22,654 bases of DNA from Octopus sinensis (lineage: Eukaryota), in NCBI RefSeq assembly GCF_006345805.1, contig NW_021836752.1:1-22654 (forward strand). Reading direction: 5' to 3'. The notes beneath the pieces are model-generated. The model saw nothing but the letters and a program-made list of their open reading frames with translations, was not told the DNA's origin and did no database searches. This document shows, one piece after another, positions 20,341-22,654 of this stretch (position 1 is its first letter; each line of letters opens with the position of its first letter). Position numbers and translations under genes: made by a program.

Positions 20341-20373
20341 AATAATAAAATGAAATATGAATAATAAAATGAA

Positions 20374-20433
<60 letters not shown>

Positions 20434-20472
20434 TAATATAATAATAATAATAATAATAATAATGATATATAA

Positions 20473-20519
<47 letters not shown>

Positions 20520-20560
20520 TAATAATAATAAGAAGAAGAAGAAAAAGAAGAAGAAGAAGA
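20340..20560. repeat. (AAT)n then (AAG)n microsatellite
   Basis: Direct reading. Confidence 0.95.
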
Positions 20561-20839
20561 CTATAAAAACATGATAAGTTGTGAAATAATCAACTGAAGA
20601 AAAGCAGTTACCGAGAGAGTTCCCCGGGGACCAAGATCGTGAAAGTACCTGACTTTTCGTAAGAGTGGCTCCAGAGTATTATGAGAAGAAGATATTGATC
20701 ATATTACATCAACCTGTAAAGTGTTACGTCAGAAAGAATACAAGCGAGAGGTTGAAAAGTTTTTATTCAATATACGCCGGCCATTTTATATAAAAAAAAG
20801 CGAAAATATGAACGCAACTCTTCAGATCGACAGCCAGTT

Positions 20840-21307
20840 ATGAACTCATTTGCATATAGCCAATCAGAGCTCAAATATCAAACTAATTTATGAGCGCATA
20901 ACATGTGATGGGCGATAAGATAAGGTCACTTGGGTAGGGAATGACCATGCTTTTCTCTCATAATAATGCTTTTTGATCTTGTTCTTGTTTCAACCATGGC
21001 TGCTTCTGCGTAGTTATTTGTGTTGTTGTTTACTTTGTAAAACATTAACGGGAGAAGGTTGCTAGCACATCACCCTTTACCCACAATTTTTCCATCCACA
21101 TCTCTTTTGGGGCCCTAACAAAATCCGATAATAGGTATAGATGCAAATCTATCCAATCACTTGTCTCCTTCTAAAATCCGGCATAACTTAGCGATCGGTC
21201 GACTTACAACACCACTCTTCGTCTTGAGTTTACTTGCTAGGGTGTGTTTGTTAACTTGACAACCTGGTCAAAGTAAGCTCTGATTGGCTGAATGCAAATG
21301 AGTTCAT
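20840..21307. repeat. 32-bp inverted repeat pair (20840-20871 / 21276-21307), each arm with ATTTGCAT and CCAAT; probably subterminal repeats of a DNA transposon
   Basis: atgaactcatttgcatatagccaatcagagct versus the reverse complement of agctctgattggctgaatgcaaatgagttcat, with 2 mismatches. Confidence 0.8.
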
Positions 21308-21564
21308 TACAGGAGTCCTGAACTATCGTAGCAAAAAGAAAATCGCGTCCCCTACCGGGGGGATTATTACGTTTTCGGTCACTTATATGGCTGGTAACTG
21401 GCCTTAAAAGCCCTCGATAAGATGCTCCTTCACCTGATAGACGAAGCGGTCATCCTTTCATCGACTAAAGCTTCTTCAGTGTTCCTTTCGAGGCAAATAG
21501 GATAAAAATCCTGTTCTTCACGAAGTGGAGTCACTTTACTCCTTCCTCAGACATATGATCTCCG

Positions 21565-21785
21565 AACATAAACGCACAAGGTCTGAAATTTGTGGCGTGG
21601 CGGGAGAGGGGGATAAGTCGCTTACATCGACCCCAAACAGAAATTCTCTGGTACTTAATTTATCGACCTCGAAAGGATGAAAGGCAAAGTCGACTTTGGC
21701 GGAATTTGTACCCAGATCGTATAAACGATCGAAGTACCGCTAAGCAATTTGCCCGGCGTGTTAACGACTCTGCCAGCTCACCGTC
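21565..21785 (-). mobile_element. Main SINE family, short-tail type
   Basis: Reverse complement reads gagctggcagagtcgttaacacgccgggcaaattgcttagcgg...gtcgactttgcctttcatcctttcgaggtcgataaattaagtacc. Confidence 0.85.
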
Positions 21786-21984
21786 ATAATGCTGCAGCTG
21801 ATGCTGATGCTGCTGCTGATGATGATAAGGAAGACGATGGTGACAACGACTATGATCCTGATGATAGAGTTGGTGGTGATGCTTTTTTAAGGAGTAAGAA
21901 TCACGAAGATATATGTATGTGATGGTTTGTGTGTATGTATATATGAGTGTAGATATTATGTACAAGTATATGAGTGCATACACA

Positions 21985-22020
21985 CACACTATCTCTCTCT
22001 CTCTCTATCTATATTTATAA

Positions 22021-22051
<31 letters not shown>

Positions 22052-22157
22052 GTATGTATATAAGTGCATATACAAATATATATAAATAAATAATATATAT
22101 ATATATGTTATATATATATATATATTACATATATGTATTTACATTATATATGTGTGT

Positions 22158-22200
<43 letters not shown>

Positions 22201-22609
22201 CTGTATGTGACTTAACATATCTAACCAATGCTGCCGAAGTAGACATCACTAAGTAAAGCAATAAACCAATAACAGCAACAACAACAACAACAACACAACA
22301 CAACAACAACAACAACACAACAGCAACACAACAACAACAACAACAAGTATGATAATAATAATATCGATTTGTTTTGTCTTGTTTCTTTCCCTTGTTGCCT
22401 TCGTTGATAGTGTGTTTTTATTGCAGTTTTGAAAAAATCCAACTTCAGCACGATATTTCAAGATAATTCAATGTTAGTTGTTATATCTCTGTAAACCAAT
22501 ATCAATAACTGTCTTTCTGCCCATATTTCAGTCAATGTGACTGTCTATTCGGTGCGCGCGTGCATGTAAATGTAAATATATAAATGTAATGTATGTATGT
22601 ATGTATGTA

Positions 22610-22654
<45 letters not shown>
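21985..22654. repeat. Microsatellite-rich tail: (CT)n, (TA)n, (CAA)n, (ATGT)n
   Basis: Direct reading. Confidence 0.85.

Noticed and set aside
21410-21560. Minus-strand peptide TPLREEQDFYPICLERNTEEALVDERM
   Set aside because: Short, bounded by stops and unrecognised; possibly a TE relic, but not supportable.

Overview
This is AT-rich, microsatellite-dense eukaryotic DNA. Its SINE repertoire matches what I recognise from Octopus-type cephalopod genomes; that assignment is recognition, not a search result. I find no intact protein-coding gene, and almost all listed ORFs are microsatellite or SINE read-throughs. The window is a mosaic of tRNA-derived SINEs, two MITEs with clear TIRs and 8-bp TSDs, a decayed mariner (D,D34D) transposase, a Helitron-like element, Penelope-like element (PLE) ends, and a 3' remnant of a restriction-like-endonuclease (RLE) non-LTR retrotransposon that the ORF track misses. 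The main signal is RNA structure. There are four near-complete type I hammerhead ribozyme (HHR) motifs, three of them with a non-canonical CCGANGA core. In the 3' UTR of the RLE element there is also a hammerhead whose parts lie in a rearranged, pseudoknotted order (GUC, stem I, GAAAC, stem I', CUGAUGA), followed by a 10-bp hairpin that could switch it off. All ribozyme calls are structural predictions made by eye.
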